A stretch of 45,047 nucleotides of DNA from Chloroflexota bacterium. Lineage in GTDB: Bacteria > Chloroflexota > Dehalococcoidia > Lucifugimonadales > UBA3495. The stretch lies in assembly GCA_027623675.1 (NCBI GenBank), contig JAQBVF010000030.1, positions 1 through 45,047 of the forward strand, in the 5' to 3' direction. Shown piece by piece: positions 8,912 through 18,374 of this stretch. The position numbers and the translations under genes are program-made. Below the pieces are notes generated by a model. That model was not told the origin of the DNA, ran no database searches, and saw only the letters and a list, made by a program, of their open reading frames with translations. The number at the start of each line of letters is the position of its first letter. The first letter of the stretch is position 1.

Positions 8912-9946
8912 CTAGAGCGGTCCGCCGTGGAAGTCGGCCGACTGCTTGTGGAAGACCTGAACGCGGTGGCGGGGGACCTCGGCCACGAACACCCGGCCTT
9001 CGTCGTCAACGTCCACCGCGATGGGACCCTGGAACACCTTCTCGCGTTCTTCCAGGCCCTGTGCCCTGGCTCTGGCCCGGACGAACGACTGGTCAATCTC
9101 AACGCGCTCCCGGCCCCACTTGGACAGTGTCGCCTCGCCGGTAAGCTGCGTTAGATACTCGCCGTAGGCATTTAAGACCTGGAGGCGGTCGTTCTTGTAA
9201 TCCGCCACGTAGATGGTCCCTTCCTTGTCGACCGCGACACCGGTGGGCCGGTTGAACTCGCCGTCCCCGCTGCCCGAGGAACCGAATTTCATCAGGAACT
9301 TGCCGTCGGGGCTGAATTTCTGGATACGGTCGTTGCGCCAGTCGGCTATGAACACGTCGCCGTTCTTGTCGATCTCGATGCCCCAGGGGAAGTTGAACTC
9401 ACCGTCGCCGTCTCCCTGCACGCCCCATTTGAACTTGAACGTGCCGTCCTTGGCGAAAACCTGGACCCGGTGGTTCACGCTGTCAACCATGTAGAGGTCG
9501 TCGTTGGCGTCGAAGGCCATGCCCGATGGCCGGTTGATCTCTCCGTCGGCGTCGCCGGGTTCGCCCCATTGGCCGATCCACTCTCCGTCCTTGTCGAACA
9601 TGGATATCCGGTTCAGCCATTCGTCTGCCACATAGGCGTTGCCCTGCGAGTCGAGGGCTACGGACGTCGGCCAGAAAAGCGCGCCGTTGGGCGCGGAACG
9701 GACCGCATCTTCGGGATGGACCTTGAAGCCGAACTGGTTGACGTACTCTTCATCCACGGTGCAGACGGTGACCCGCTTGCAGGGGAAGAACACCGGCGTC
9801 TCGGTGCCGCGGTTAACCACGTAGAGCAGGTCGCCCTTGCCCCGGGCGACGGCAACCGGGTTGAAGAAGCCATCGCCGCCCCGGGTCTCCTGACGGCCAA
9901 TGGTGTGGCTATACCTAAAAGTTACGGGCGCTATCTGAGCAACCAT
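8912..9946 (-). CDS. NHL-repeat six-bladed beta-propeller protein
   Basis: Repeated GxGDGEFNxPxGxAxDxxGxxYVADxxNxRIQxF units; RBS GAGG. Confidence 0.92.
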   Translation of the reverse strand: MVAQIAPVTFRYSHTIGRQETRGGDGFFNPVAVARGKGDLLYVVNRGTETPVFFPCKRVTVCTVDEEYVNQFGFKVHPEDAVRSAPNGALFWPTSVALDSQGNAYVADEWLNRISMFDKDGEWIGQWGEPGDADGEINRPSGMAFDANDDLYMVDSVNHRVQVFAKDGTFKFKWGVQGDGDGEFNFPWGIEIDKNGDVFIADWRNDRIQKFSPDGKFLMKFGSSGSGDGEFNRPTGVAVDKEGTIYVADYKNDRLQVLNAYGEYLTQLTGEATLSKWGRERVEIDQSFVRARARAQGLEEREKVFQGPIAVDVDDEGRVFVAEVPRHRVQVFHKQSADFHGGPL

Positions 9947-10041
9947 GATTTCCTCGCGATGTTGGTCCGCTGTCCCCCGGATATAAGGACAGGCGGTCGA
10001 ACTCGAATACTAACAGACGGGGCCGTGCCGCTTATTCGATG

Positions 10042-11178
10042 CTACTTGATGAAGTCGAACAACTCGTACTGGTCCCGGAGAATGGGCTTGGAGTCGAGCC
10101 CCATCCACTTCTCAAGGATCGTCGCGTAGGTGCTGCGGAAGTCGTTATTCCACTGCAGGTCGCCCTGGTCAAGTTTGTCCGGCTCCAACGAGGGGTACTC
10201 ACCGTAGAGTCCGCCCTCAACGTTGTCGCCGATGACGAAGGCCACGCTGCCAGAGCCGTGGTCGGTGCCGGAGCCGTTCTCCTGCACCCGCCGGCCGAAC
10301 TCGGTGAACATCAAGATCACAACTTCCTGGCTGGCGTCGTGTTCCTTCAGGTCCTGGTAGAAGTCGCCCACAGCCGTGGTAACTTCGGACCACAGTTTGG
10401 GGAACGCGGTGGTCTGGTTGGCGTGGGTGTCGAACGCGCCGGGGTTCAGTCCGGTGTAGAGGACCCTGGAACCCAGACCGGCCAGATGCACCTGGGCCAC
10501 GTTCTTCAACCACTGGGAGAACTGGCCACCGGCGTACTCCACGGTTGAGGAGTATTTGCCAGGCGCGGTAGCCAGGATGTCGGCGCCTTTCAGGGCGTCC
10601 AGTCCGGTCTGCGACAGATAGTCGTTGGCCGGGCCCGAGCCAATCATGGGCGAGTACATCCGGGCGAATATGTCCAGGGCCTCGGTCCGCTGGTCTGGGT
10701 TCTCGATGCCGGTGAGCACGCCCAGGGAATCCAAGCCGCCGACCGAAGCAACGGAAACGCCCGACGAAGCCAGGGCGCGGGGGAGGCCCCGGCCAAAGTT
10801 AACGCCGGTCAGTACATTCTCTTTGTTGGGGTCCATGTCGCGGATGGCCCGGCCCAACCAGCCGTCCATTCCCATCTTGTGCGGCTCGGCGGTGTGCCAG
10901 ATGTCCATGGACCGGAAGTGGGAGCGGATGGGATTGGGGTAGCCGATGCCCTGCATGACCGCCACTTTGCCCTGGTCATATAGGTCCTTGATGGGCGCCA
11001 ACGCCGGGTGGAACCCCACGTTATCGTCAACGGCCAGCACCTCGTCGGGCGCCACGTTAACCAACTGCCGGTAGTCTTGGTAATGGGGGTCGTTGTAGGG
11101 GATAAACGTATTCAAGGCGTCGTATGCGCCTGACATTTGAAGAACTACCAGGACTGGGTCTTTTCTATTGGAGGTCAT
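10042..11178 (-). CDS. DUF1501 domain protein
   Basis: LVVLQMSGAYDALNT, GYPNPIRSHFRSMDIW, FDTHANQ, TEFGRR, ENGSGTDHG motifs. Confidence 0.9.
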   Translation of the reverse strand: MTSNRKDPVLVVLQMSGAYDALNTFIPYNDPHYQDYRQLVNVAPDEVLAVDDNVGFHPALAPIKDLYDQGKVAVMQGIGYPNPIRSHFRSMDIWHTAEPHKMGMDGWLGRAIRDMDPNKENVLTGVNFGRGLPRALASSGVSVASVGGLDSLGVLTGIENPDQRTEALDIFARMYSPMIGSGPANDYLSQTGLDALKGADILATAPGKYSSTVEYAGGQFSQWLKNVAQVHLAGLGSRVLYTGLNPGAFDTHANQTTAFPKLWSEVTTAVGDFYQDLKEHDASQEVVILMFTEFGRRVQENGSGTDHGSGSVAFVIGDNVEGGLYGEYPSLEPDKLDQGDLQWNNDFRSTYATILEKWMGLDSKPILRDQYELFDFIK

Positions 11179-11249
11179 TACCTACTCCTGCCTAAGAACG
11201 GACTTCGAATTATTGGCTATGGCTTATTGAATACGGTGGCCTGGTCTGG

Positions 11250-12695
11250 CTACGCGTACAAGAACTCTTTGGTGGCGGCTATCAGCCGGAGGGTCTCGCC
11301 AACTTTGGCCGGGAACCCGCCAGAGGCGGTATCAACCTCACCGCCCTTGCTGCTCTTGTCCACCAGCATGCGGCGGGTCTCCTCGGACATCTCGTAATCG
11401 CCCAAGAGGCGAAGGCAACCGTCTACCAAACCCTCGGGTGAAAGGGTCTGGCCTTCGCTTCTCAGCCTGGCGATGATGTCTTGGATGCCGGGGAAGCTGG
11501 TGTTGGACACGGAGTCGGCGGCGAAGTTGATACGGTGCACCAGGGTGCCGCCGTCGATCCATTCTTTGCCGGTGTGCCAACCCTCCACGGACGGCGGGTT
11601 CAATATCTCCTGGCCCATGTATTTCATCTCGTCGAAGATGAACTCCAGACCCGGCTTGGGGGTGGTCCAGTCGCCGACCAGACGCAGGGTCCCGATGATG
11701 GTTTCGATGGGACTCTTCACCTTCTCGAAGCGGGAGTTCTTGAAGGCGTCCGAGTTGAACAACACCCGCAGCATGGAGCGGATGTTGTAGCCGGACCGGA
11801 AGTACTCGTCTTCCAGCATCTTGATCGTCTCTGGGTCGCGCGGCGGGGTGTCCATCCATGAGGGGACTTCAACGTCGTCGGCGATGAAGAAATTGTACAT
11901 GTGGCGTGAGATGAACCGGGCGGTCGCCGGCTGTTTAACGATTATGTCGATGATGTCTTCGCCGTTGAAGTTGCCGGTCTCGCCGAGGAAGGTCTTCTCG
12001 CCGTCATCGTGGTCGTTTGGGTTGTAAACGAACTTGGCGGCGTAGCGGCCGTAGGGCTGCTGGGGTATGGAGTTGGCAATGGTCCAGCCGGTGAAGGCCC
12101 GGGCGCATTCCTTAACGTCGTCCTCGGTGTAGTTGAACTTGCCGTCCATGCCCACACCCAAGGAGAACAGCTCAAGCAACTCGCGGCCGTAGTTCTCGTT
12201 GATGTTGCCCTTGTGGCTCAGGCAGTTGTCCAGGTAATAGACCATGGCCGGGTCTTTGGATATCTCGACCAACAGGTCCCTGAAGCTGCCGAAGCCGCAG
12301 CGGCGGAACATCTCCAGTTCTTCGTACTCGGTGGGATAGCTCTGCAGCTTGCTGTCGGAGATGCATAGGATGCCGTGCCAGAAGAGGACCACTTTCTCTT
12401 CCAACTGGCGCTTGGAATTGATCATCCGCCAGGTGATGTACTCGGGAACTCCCCTAACGAAATGGTTCCATTCGATGAAGTACCGTTCCGCCAGGTCCAG
12501 GTCCATCCCGTCCGGATGGTCTTCAGGGTGGAGCAATTCCTCCACCGTTTCTTCGTATCCCTTCGCCGCGCGGGCCTCGATCTCATGGTACTGGGCGCCG
12601 AATCCGGCGCGCCGCATCAGATGGCCCATCAAAGCGATATCGTTATTGGCCATGCTGCGTTCGCCCTGGGCTCGAGCTATCTCGTTAACCGCCAT
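11250..12695 (-). CDS. DUF1800 domain protein
   Basis: HLMRRAGFG, EKVVLFWHG, PAMVYYLDN, NENYGRELLELFSLG, ARAFTGW, PPSVEGW motifs; RBS GAGGAG. Confidence 0.9.
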   Translation of the reverse strand: MAVNEIARAQGERSMANNDIALMGHLMRRAGFGAQYHEIEARAAKGYEETVEELLHPEDHPDGMDLDLAERYFIEWNHFVRGVPEYITWRMINSKRQLEEKVVLFWHGILCISDSKLQSYPTEYEELEMFRRCGFGSFRDLLVEISKDPAMVYYLDNCLSHKGNINENYGRELLELFSLGVGMDGKFNYTEDDVKECARAFTGWTIANSIPQQPYGRYAAKFVYNPNDHDDGEKTFLGETGNFNGEDIIDIIVKQPATARFISRHMYNFFIADDVEVPSWMDTPPRDPETIKMLEDEYFRSGYNIRSMLRVLFNSDAFKNSRFEKVKSPIETIIGTLRLVGDWTTPKPGLEFIFDEMKYMGQEILNPPSVEGWHTGKEWIDGGTLVHRINFAADSVSNTSFPGIQDIIARLRSEGQTLSPEGLVDGCLRLLGDYEMSEETRRMLVDKSSKGGEVDTASGGFPAKVGETLRLIAATKEFLYA

Positions 12696-13037
12696 CGGTG
12701 TATCTCCTCGTCGCTGGCATAACTAACACGCCAACAGTAACGGCGCATCAATGGTTAGGGCCTATATTAGCATCTCGAATTTTACCGATTCAAGCGGTAA
12801 AAAGCCATGCGGCCATGCGGGATTATAATACGGGCGGCAACGGACCCACCCGCAAGGCCGCTTCTAGTGCTTAGAGTCGAAAGCTTAGAGTATGGAAGCA
12901 TTATTACATGAACAACGGTTGGGCTGTCGCGTAGTAATGGCTATAATAGCCGCGCCAGGCGTATAACAGGTTTGCCTGCCTCGACCCGGCCGAGATCATT
13001 ATCCACCGACGCCGCAACCAGCAAGGGGAAGAATTCC

Positions 13038-14195
13038 ATGGCGGAAAACCTACTCGACGCCGCAAAACACTTCGTACCTATCATTAGAGCGAATCTGGAG
13101 CGAATCGATTCAGATCGCCAACTTCCCGAGCGACTGGCCATGGACATGGCTAAGAAAGGCCTCTTCGGGCTGTACGTCCCCAAGGTGCTGGGCGGCCCGG
13201 AATCGGACCCAATCACCGCGTTCCATGTCGTCGAGGAGATATCCCAGGCCGACGGCTCAACGGGCTGGTGCTCGTTCAACGGCACGGCGCTCACGTCGTC
13301 GGTCTCGCGGATAAGCATCCAAGCGGCCAAAGAACTGTTCGGCGACCCGCCCGACATCAGAGGTTCAGGTTCAGCCAGGTCCGGCGGCACCGCCAAAGTG
13401 GCTGAAGGCGGCTACATCGTGACCGGACGCTGGAATTACCTGAGCGGGGTCGATCACGCCAAATGCCTGTTCTTGAACTGCGACATGATCGACGGCAACG
13501 GCCCGGTGCTGGCCGAGGACGGCAGCCAGGTTACCCGGGTGGCGGTCGTCCCGGTGACGTCCGGCGTCGTCCATGACGTCTGGACGACCATGGGCATGAG
13601 GGGGACGGCCAGCAACGACGCCGAATTCTCCGAGCTATTCGTTCCGGAGAGCCACACCTACGCACGGATGGAACCCGCCGTCCACCAAGGCCCGCTGTAT
13701 AACCCCCAAACATCCATCCTGCTAAGTTGGACGCTGGCGGCCGCCAACGCACTGGGAATGGCCAGAGGAGCCATGGACGCCTTTACGGACATCGCCACCG
13801 CCGGGTCCACCAACTCCACCACTCGGCTCCGCGACCGCTCCATCATCCAGACCACCGTCGGCGAGTGCGAGGCCATGATCGGCGCCGGCAGGAGTTACGT
13901 GTTGTCCGCGGTCGGGTCGATGTGGGAGTCGCAGGTCGCCAAGAACCCGGACCTGTTGGACAAGGCGGTGCACGCCCGGCTGGCCATCACCCATGCCATC
14001 CGCCAGTCGGTAAACGTGGTGGACAAGCTCTTCTACGCCGCGGGGACCGGCGCCATCCACCAGTCGAATGGGCTGGAGAGGTTCTTCCGAGACCTGCACG
14101 TGAGCGGGCAGCACATATCCGGACTGCACAACAACTACGAGCTTGGCGGGCAGGTTCTGCTGGGGGCCACGCCAACCCCGTCGCTCTACGCCTAG
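13038..14195 (+). CDS. Acyl-CoA dehydrogenase-fold flavin-dependent monooxygenase (second paralog)
   Basis: PKVLGG, DGSTGW, GRWNYLSG, GMRGTAS, ERFFRDLHVSGQH; ATG 13038 follows AAGGGG. Confidence 0.9.
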   Translation: MAENLLDAAKHFVPIIRANLERIDSDRQLPERLAMDMAKKGLFGLYVPKVLGGPESDPITAFHVVEEISQADGSTGWCSFNGTALTSSVSRISIQAAKELFGDPPDIRGSGSARSGGTAKVAEGGYIVTGRWNYLSGVDHAKCLFLNCDMIDGNGPVLAEDGSQVTRVAVVPVTSGVVHDVWTTMGMRGTASNDAEFSELFVPESHTYARMEPAVHQGPLYNPQTSILLSWTLAAANALGMARGAMDAFTDIATAGSTNSTTRLRDRSIIQTTVGECEAMIGAGRSYVLSAVGSMWESQVAKNPDLLDKAVHARLAITHAIRQSVNVVDKLFYAAGTGAIHQSNGLERFFRDLHVSGQHISGLHNNYELGGQVLLGATPTPSLYA

Positions 14196-14247
14196 CCGCG
14201 AAATTCTGCGGAAATTCTAAGGGAATCAGGTAAAAGGGGAATCCGGG

Positions 14248-14535
14248 ATGCTGTTTCTGGTGATTAGCACGCCTGCTCCGACGAGGCCGTCGGAGGTCAG
14301 GGAGCAACGAAAGGGGTTCTGGCCCTGGGTGGAAGACAAACTGGAGCGGGGCATCGCCCGGTCGTTCTATCCGCGTACCGGCCGGGGAGCGGTGGTGGTG
14401 TTCGATGTGGAGTCCCACGAGACGCTGCACCGCTTGCTCAATGAATGGGCCGACGCCGTGCCCGCCGAGTTTGCCATATACCCGTTGATGGAACCTGAGT
14501 CGATAATCGCGTTCCTGAACGAAGACAACGACTAG
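14248..14535 (+). CDS. Small dimeric alpha/beta-barrel-like protein (DUF3303/muconolactone isomerase-like)
   Basis: 95 aa, RBS AAGGGG, GRGAVVVFDVESHETLHRLL..EW pattern. Confidence 0.7.
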   Translation: MLFLVISTPAPTRPSEVREQRKGFWPWVEDKLERGIARSFYPRTGRGAVVVFDVESHETLHRLLNEWADAVPAEFAIYPLMEPESIIAFLNEDND

Positions 14536-14586
14536 AGGCAACCCGGTCGAAGCGGGCAGTTTAGCCCGCGAGCGGACGTAAATCGG

Positions 14587-14712
14587 TTACCGGCGGGCGC
14601 CTTTAAGGTTCTTCTTCAATCCGTTGCGCTTACGTGCTTCCTTGTTGATGCGCTCAACGAATTGCTCAGTGGTCTCTTCAGCCTTTTTCGCCTTCTGCTT
14701 GATCTCGGCCAT
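14587..14712 (-). CDS. 41-aa basic microprotein (absent from ORF track)
   Basis: MAEIKQKAKKAEETTEQFVERINKEARKRNGLKKNLKGARR; RBS AAAGGGAG 9 nt upstream; fills an otherwise empty intergenic gap. Confidence 0.7.
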   Translation of the reverse strand: MAEIKQKAKKAEETTEQFVERINKEARKRNGLKKNLKGARR

Positions 14713-14997
14713 GATTGGTCGCTCCCTTTACTTGATACCCGGAATATACCCGGAATGCGCTGGGCGCCCATCAACTGGAGGGCGGCCCTGGCGTCTTGAT
14801 TGCCGTTCTTGCCCGCTGTCATCGGAACTTCGTCCAAAACAACTTTCCAATCGTACACCAAACCGGCCTAAATTTCCTACCAACACCGGATCAACACCGG
14901 CCCTTAGATTGACCGTGGCAGGCTCGTGTGCTGTAATTCCCCCTGTTCTTCGCCGGTATAAAGGCGGGGAAGATCCGGCGAAATATTGGAGACCAAG

Positions 14998-16011
14998 ATG
15001 AAACTGCTCACTTATGATACCGATGCGGGAACCCGCTGCGGAGTCCTTCAGAACGACAACGTTATCGATGTCAGCGCCCTCCTGGGCCACCAAGGCCATG
15101 CCCTGCGGGACGTGCAGGCGCTGTTGGAACTGGGCGGCTCGCCCATCGACCGGGTGCGGGACGCCCTTGAGAAGAACACCTCGGCGGATACGACCCCATT
15201 GGCCAACGTGCGGCTTCGGTCACCGGTCCTCCAGCCTCCCACGGTGCGGGATTTCATCGTTTACGAGGAACACGCCAGCAACCAGGGCACCCGCGAGCCC
15301 AACGAGGTCTGGTACCGCATGCCGGTCTTCTACTTCTCCAATCCGCTGTGCATCTACGGCACCGACGCGGTGATACCCCATCCCTCGGCGTCCGAGCAAT
15401 TCGACTATGAGCTAGAGATCGGCTGCGTCATCGGCAAAGAGGGTTCGAACGTCTCAAACGGCGATGCGCTGGACTATATCGCCGGTTTCACGCTGTTCAA
15501 CGACTGGAGCGCCCGGGACCTACAGGTGGACGAGATGGCCTTTGGGCTGGGTCCGGCCAAGGGCAAAGACACCGCATCGTCCGTCGGCCCCTGGTTGGTC
15601 ACCACCGACGAGTTGGCCCCGTTCCTGAAGGACGGCCGGCTCCAACTGAAGTGCGAAGTTAGAGTGAACGGCGACTACTGGCTGAAAGAAGGCAGGGCCG
15701 AAGACGCCTACTTTACCTTCGCCGACATGGTGGAACGGGCCTCCAAGGACAGCCGCATCGTGCCTGGCGATGTGATCGGCAGCGGAACGGTGGGCGGCGG
15801 CTCGATCCGCGAGGCCATGCGCAAGGGCTATGATAAGTCCCGCTTTCTTCAGCCTGGTGATGTGGTGGAGCATGAGGTGGAGGGCATCGGCGTGCTGCGC
15901 GGCACCATCGGCCCGAAACCGGCTTTGGACCCCAGCTACCGCTTCCAGGTCAAGAACCCTTCCCCCGTGCCCGAGCGGGGAATCTCCAAGGATTACAAGT
16001 ACACCAGGTAG
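14998..16011 (+). CDS. Fumarylacetoacetate hydrolase family protein
   Basis: RDFIVYEEH, PVFYFSN, DYELEIG, NDWSARDLQ, AKGKD, GDVIGSGT. Confidence 0.93.
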   Translation: MKLLTYDTDAGTRCGVLQNDNVIDVSALLGHQGHALRDVQALLELGGSPIDRVRDALEKNTSADTTPLANVRLRSPVLQPPTVRDFIVYEEHASNQGTREPNEVWYRMPVFYFSNPLCIYGTDAVIPHPSASEQFDYELEIGCVIGKEGSNVSNGDALDYIAGFTLFNDWSARDLQVDEMAFGLGPAKGKDTASSVGPWLVTTDELAPFLKDGRLQLKCEVRVNGDYWLKEGRAEDAYFTFADMVERASKDSRIVPGDVIGSGTVGGGSIREAMRKGYDKSRFLQPGDVVEHEVEGIGVLRGTIGPKPALDPSYRFQVKNPSPVPERGISKDYKYTR

Positions 16012-16050
16012 CCGCCCTCATAACCGGGGAACCAAGTTTTTGGAGGCCCA

Positions 16051-16893
16051 ATGGCCAGCGAACCAACCGTGAGATACGACCCAGACCAGGTCTATGAGGT
16101 AAGCGTTCAGGACCTGGAATATCAACCAGGCATGACGGTGCGCGTCTACCAGCCCAAGGGCCCCGGTCCCTTCCCAGCGCTGCTCGACGTCCACGGGGGC
16201 GTCTGGAGTACCGGAGATAGGACCAACGCCGAGGTTCTGGACCGGGGGATGGCCGAGAGCGGCATGGTTGTGGCGGCCATCGACTTTCGCTTGGCCCCGG
16301 CCCATCCCTTCCCCGCTCAGGTGGCCGACGTCAACCTGGCGACCCGGTGGCTAAAGTCCAAGGCAGGCGATCTCAACGCCGACCCTTCGACCGTGGGAAG
16401 CATCGGCTCTTCCAGTGGCGGTCACACCGCGCTGCTCAGCGCCATGCGGCCGGGTCATCCGGATTACTGCGTCCTGGACCTGCCGGGGTCGGATGCGGAC
16501 GCAACTGTTGATTACGTGCTGGCGTGTTGGCCGATCGTCGACCCGTTCGCCCGCTACCAGTTCGCCGCGGAGATTGAAAGCGCCAGGTTGATCGAGTTGT
16601 CCGAAGGATATTTCCTGACAACCGACGCCATGAAGGAAGGAAACCCATTTCAGATACTGCGGCGGGGGGAAGACGTCGTACTGCCGCCTGTGATGATCAT
16701 CCAAGGGGAGGCCGACCGTAACTTGCCGGTGCCGGTCACGGAAGAATTCGTGGCCGCCTACCGGGAGGCTGGTGGGACCATCGAGTATGAGGGGTTCGCC
16801 GGGATGCCCCACGGGTTCGGTTACACCGCCGGTCCGGAAACAGACCGGGCCATCGGCCTCATGAAGCGCTTCGTGGCCCGCTGTCTCGGGTAA
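16051..16893 (+). CDS. Alpha/beta hydrolase, HSL-like esterase
   Basis: VHGGVW, DFRLAP, GSSSGGH, GEAD, PHGF; RBS GGAGG. Confidence 0.9.
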   Translation: MASEPTVRYDPDQVYEVSVQDLEYQPGMTVRVYQPKGPGPFPALLDVHGGVWSTGDRTNAEVLDRGMAESGMVVAAIDFRLAPAHPFPAQVADVNLATRWLKSKAGDLNADPSTVGSIGSSSGGHTALLSAMRPGHPDYCVLDLPGSDADATVDYVLACWPIVDPFARYQFAAEIESARLIELSEGYFLTTDAMKEGNPFQILRRGEDVVLPPVMIIQGEADRNLPVPVTEEFVAAYREAGGTIEYEGFAGMPHGFGYTAGPETDRAIGLMKRFVARCLG

Positions 16894-16993
16894 GGCCAAC
16901 GGTCACCGCATCAGTTTCGCGGCCTTCGCCCGACGCCCGTCCAGCCCCCGTGGAGCCGCGCCATCGAGCGGGAAGGCATGGTGCTAAGGCGGT

Positions 16994-18220
16994 CTACTCC
17001 AAGCGGCGTATCTTGGGCAGTTTCAAGGCGGCGGCGATGCTGATTCCGGTGAGGACCGCTCCGTTGATCAACAGCGCTCCCGGCGCGCCCAGGGCGGAGG
17101 CGAGGGCGCCCACTCCCAGATGACCAACCGGGGCCACGCCGATGCTCACAACCCACGAACCCATGGCCCGCCCGCGCTGCTCGTTGGGCACGTTGGCCTG
17201 CATCAGTGTCTTGTAGAGGGTGTCAACCGACATGGCGCAGGCGTTTACCGCCGCCAGCACAACTATGAAGAAGACCAATGCCGACGATACCGAGAAGGCC
17301 ATCAACCCAACGCCGAAAGCCCCGGCGACGATGAACATGAGCAGGCCCTTCCGCCGGTAATCCCTGAGGTTGGCCAAAAGCGCCAGGCCCAGCAACCCCC
17401 CGGCCTGCCTAACCGCCGTCAGGTAACCCAGTCCCACCGGGCCAACTTCCAACACCTCCTTGGCGAACACCGGCAGCAGGGTCATGTGAGTGAATCCCAG
17501 GACCTCAGTGAGCGACGCCAGACACATCAGTACCAGGATCACCCGGTTCTGGCTCAAGAACCTGATGTATCCGGCCAGGTTCCGCAGCACCGGTTCCCGG
17601 TTTGGCTGCAATGCCCTGGCGGACTGGCCGATGACCAGCAGCACCGCCGCCGAACCCAAGTAGCTGCCGCCCACGGCCAGATACTGCCACCCTGGCCCCA
17701 CGGATTGGATCAACGCCCCTGAAATGACCGCCCCGGCTATGCCACCGGCCTGCATACTCATCTGGTTGAGGGAAAGACCGTTCAGGGCGTGCTCGGGCCC
17801 GACGATGTCGTAGGTGTAAGCCTGCCTGGTGGTCAGCGTGAAGGCGAACACGCAGCCCGCGGCGGCAACCAGCGCGATCACCGCCCAGACGTTGGGGTCT
17901 CCCGCCAGCAGTATCACGGCCATGACCGCCGACACCCCGGTTCCGGCCAGGGCGCTGAACAGAAGGAACAACCGTCTTTCCATCCAATCGGCGATCGCCC
18001 CGGACAGTATCCCCAGGAAGAACAGGGGCGCCATGCGGGCGGCGGCTGCCACGCCGACCATGAACGCGGAGCCGGTGATGTCGAAGACCAGCCAGCCCAC
18101 GGCCACGTGCTCCATCCCGGTGCCCAGGGAGTAAAACAGGGTGGAGACCCAGAACAGCCGGAAGTCACGATGGCGCAGCGACGACGCCCAGGCGGCGGAA
18201 TATATCGCCCGGGGTATCAA
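16994..18220 (-). CDS. MFS transporter (EntS/DHA3-like)
   Basis: About 12 hydrophobic segments; SLRHRDFRLFW, GAIADWMERR, VPNEQRGRAMG; start codon uncertain. Confidence 0.9.
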   Translation of the reverse strand: MIPRAIYSAAWASSLRHRDFRLFWVSTLFYSLGTGMEHVAVGWLVFDITGSAFMVGVAAAARMAPLFFLGILSGAIADWMERRLFLLFSALAGTGVSAVMAVILLAGDPNVWAVIALVAAAGCVFAFTLTTRQAYTYDIVGPEHALNGLSLNQMSMQAGGIAGAVISGALIQSVGPGWQYLAVGGSYLGSAAVLLVIGQSARALQPNREPVLRNLAGYIRFLSQNRVILVLMCLASLTEVLGFTHMTLLPVFAKEVLEVGPVGLGYLTAVRQAGGLLGLALLANLRDYRRKGLLMFIVAGAFGVGLMAFSVSSALVFFIVVLAAVNACAMSVDTLYKTLMQANVPNEQRGRAMGSWVVSIGVAPVGHLGVGALASALGAPGALLINGAVLTGISIAAALKLPKIRRLE

Positions 18221-18374
18221 GCCGCCATTCCCCGCTGACCCTGCCTGCTATATACTCGGCATGCCCCGCCCATGCCCCGGACATTCAGAACGGCCCGGTG
18301 CGGTGGCAACCAGCATAAAGAAGTACAGTTCCTTGGTAAACCAAGCTGCGTTATGACTGTAGCTACCGGCGGCG

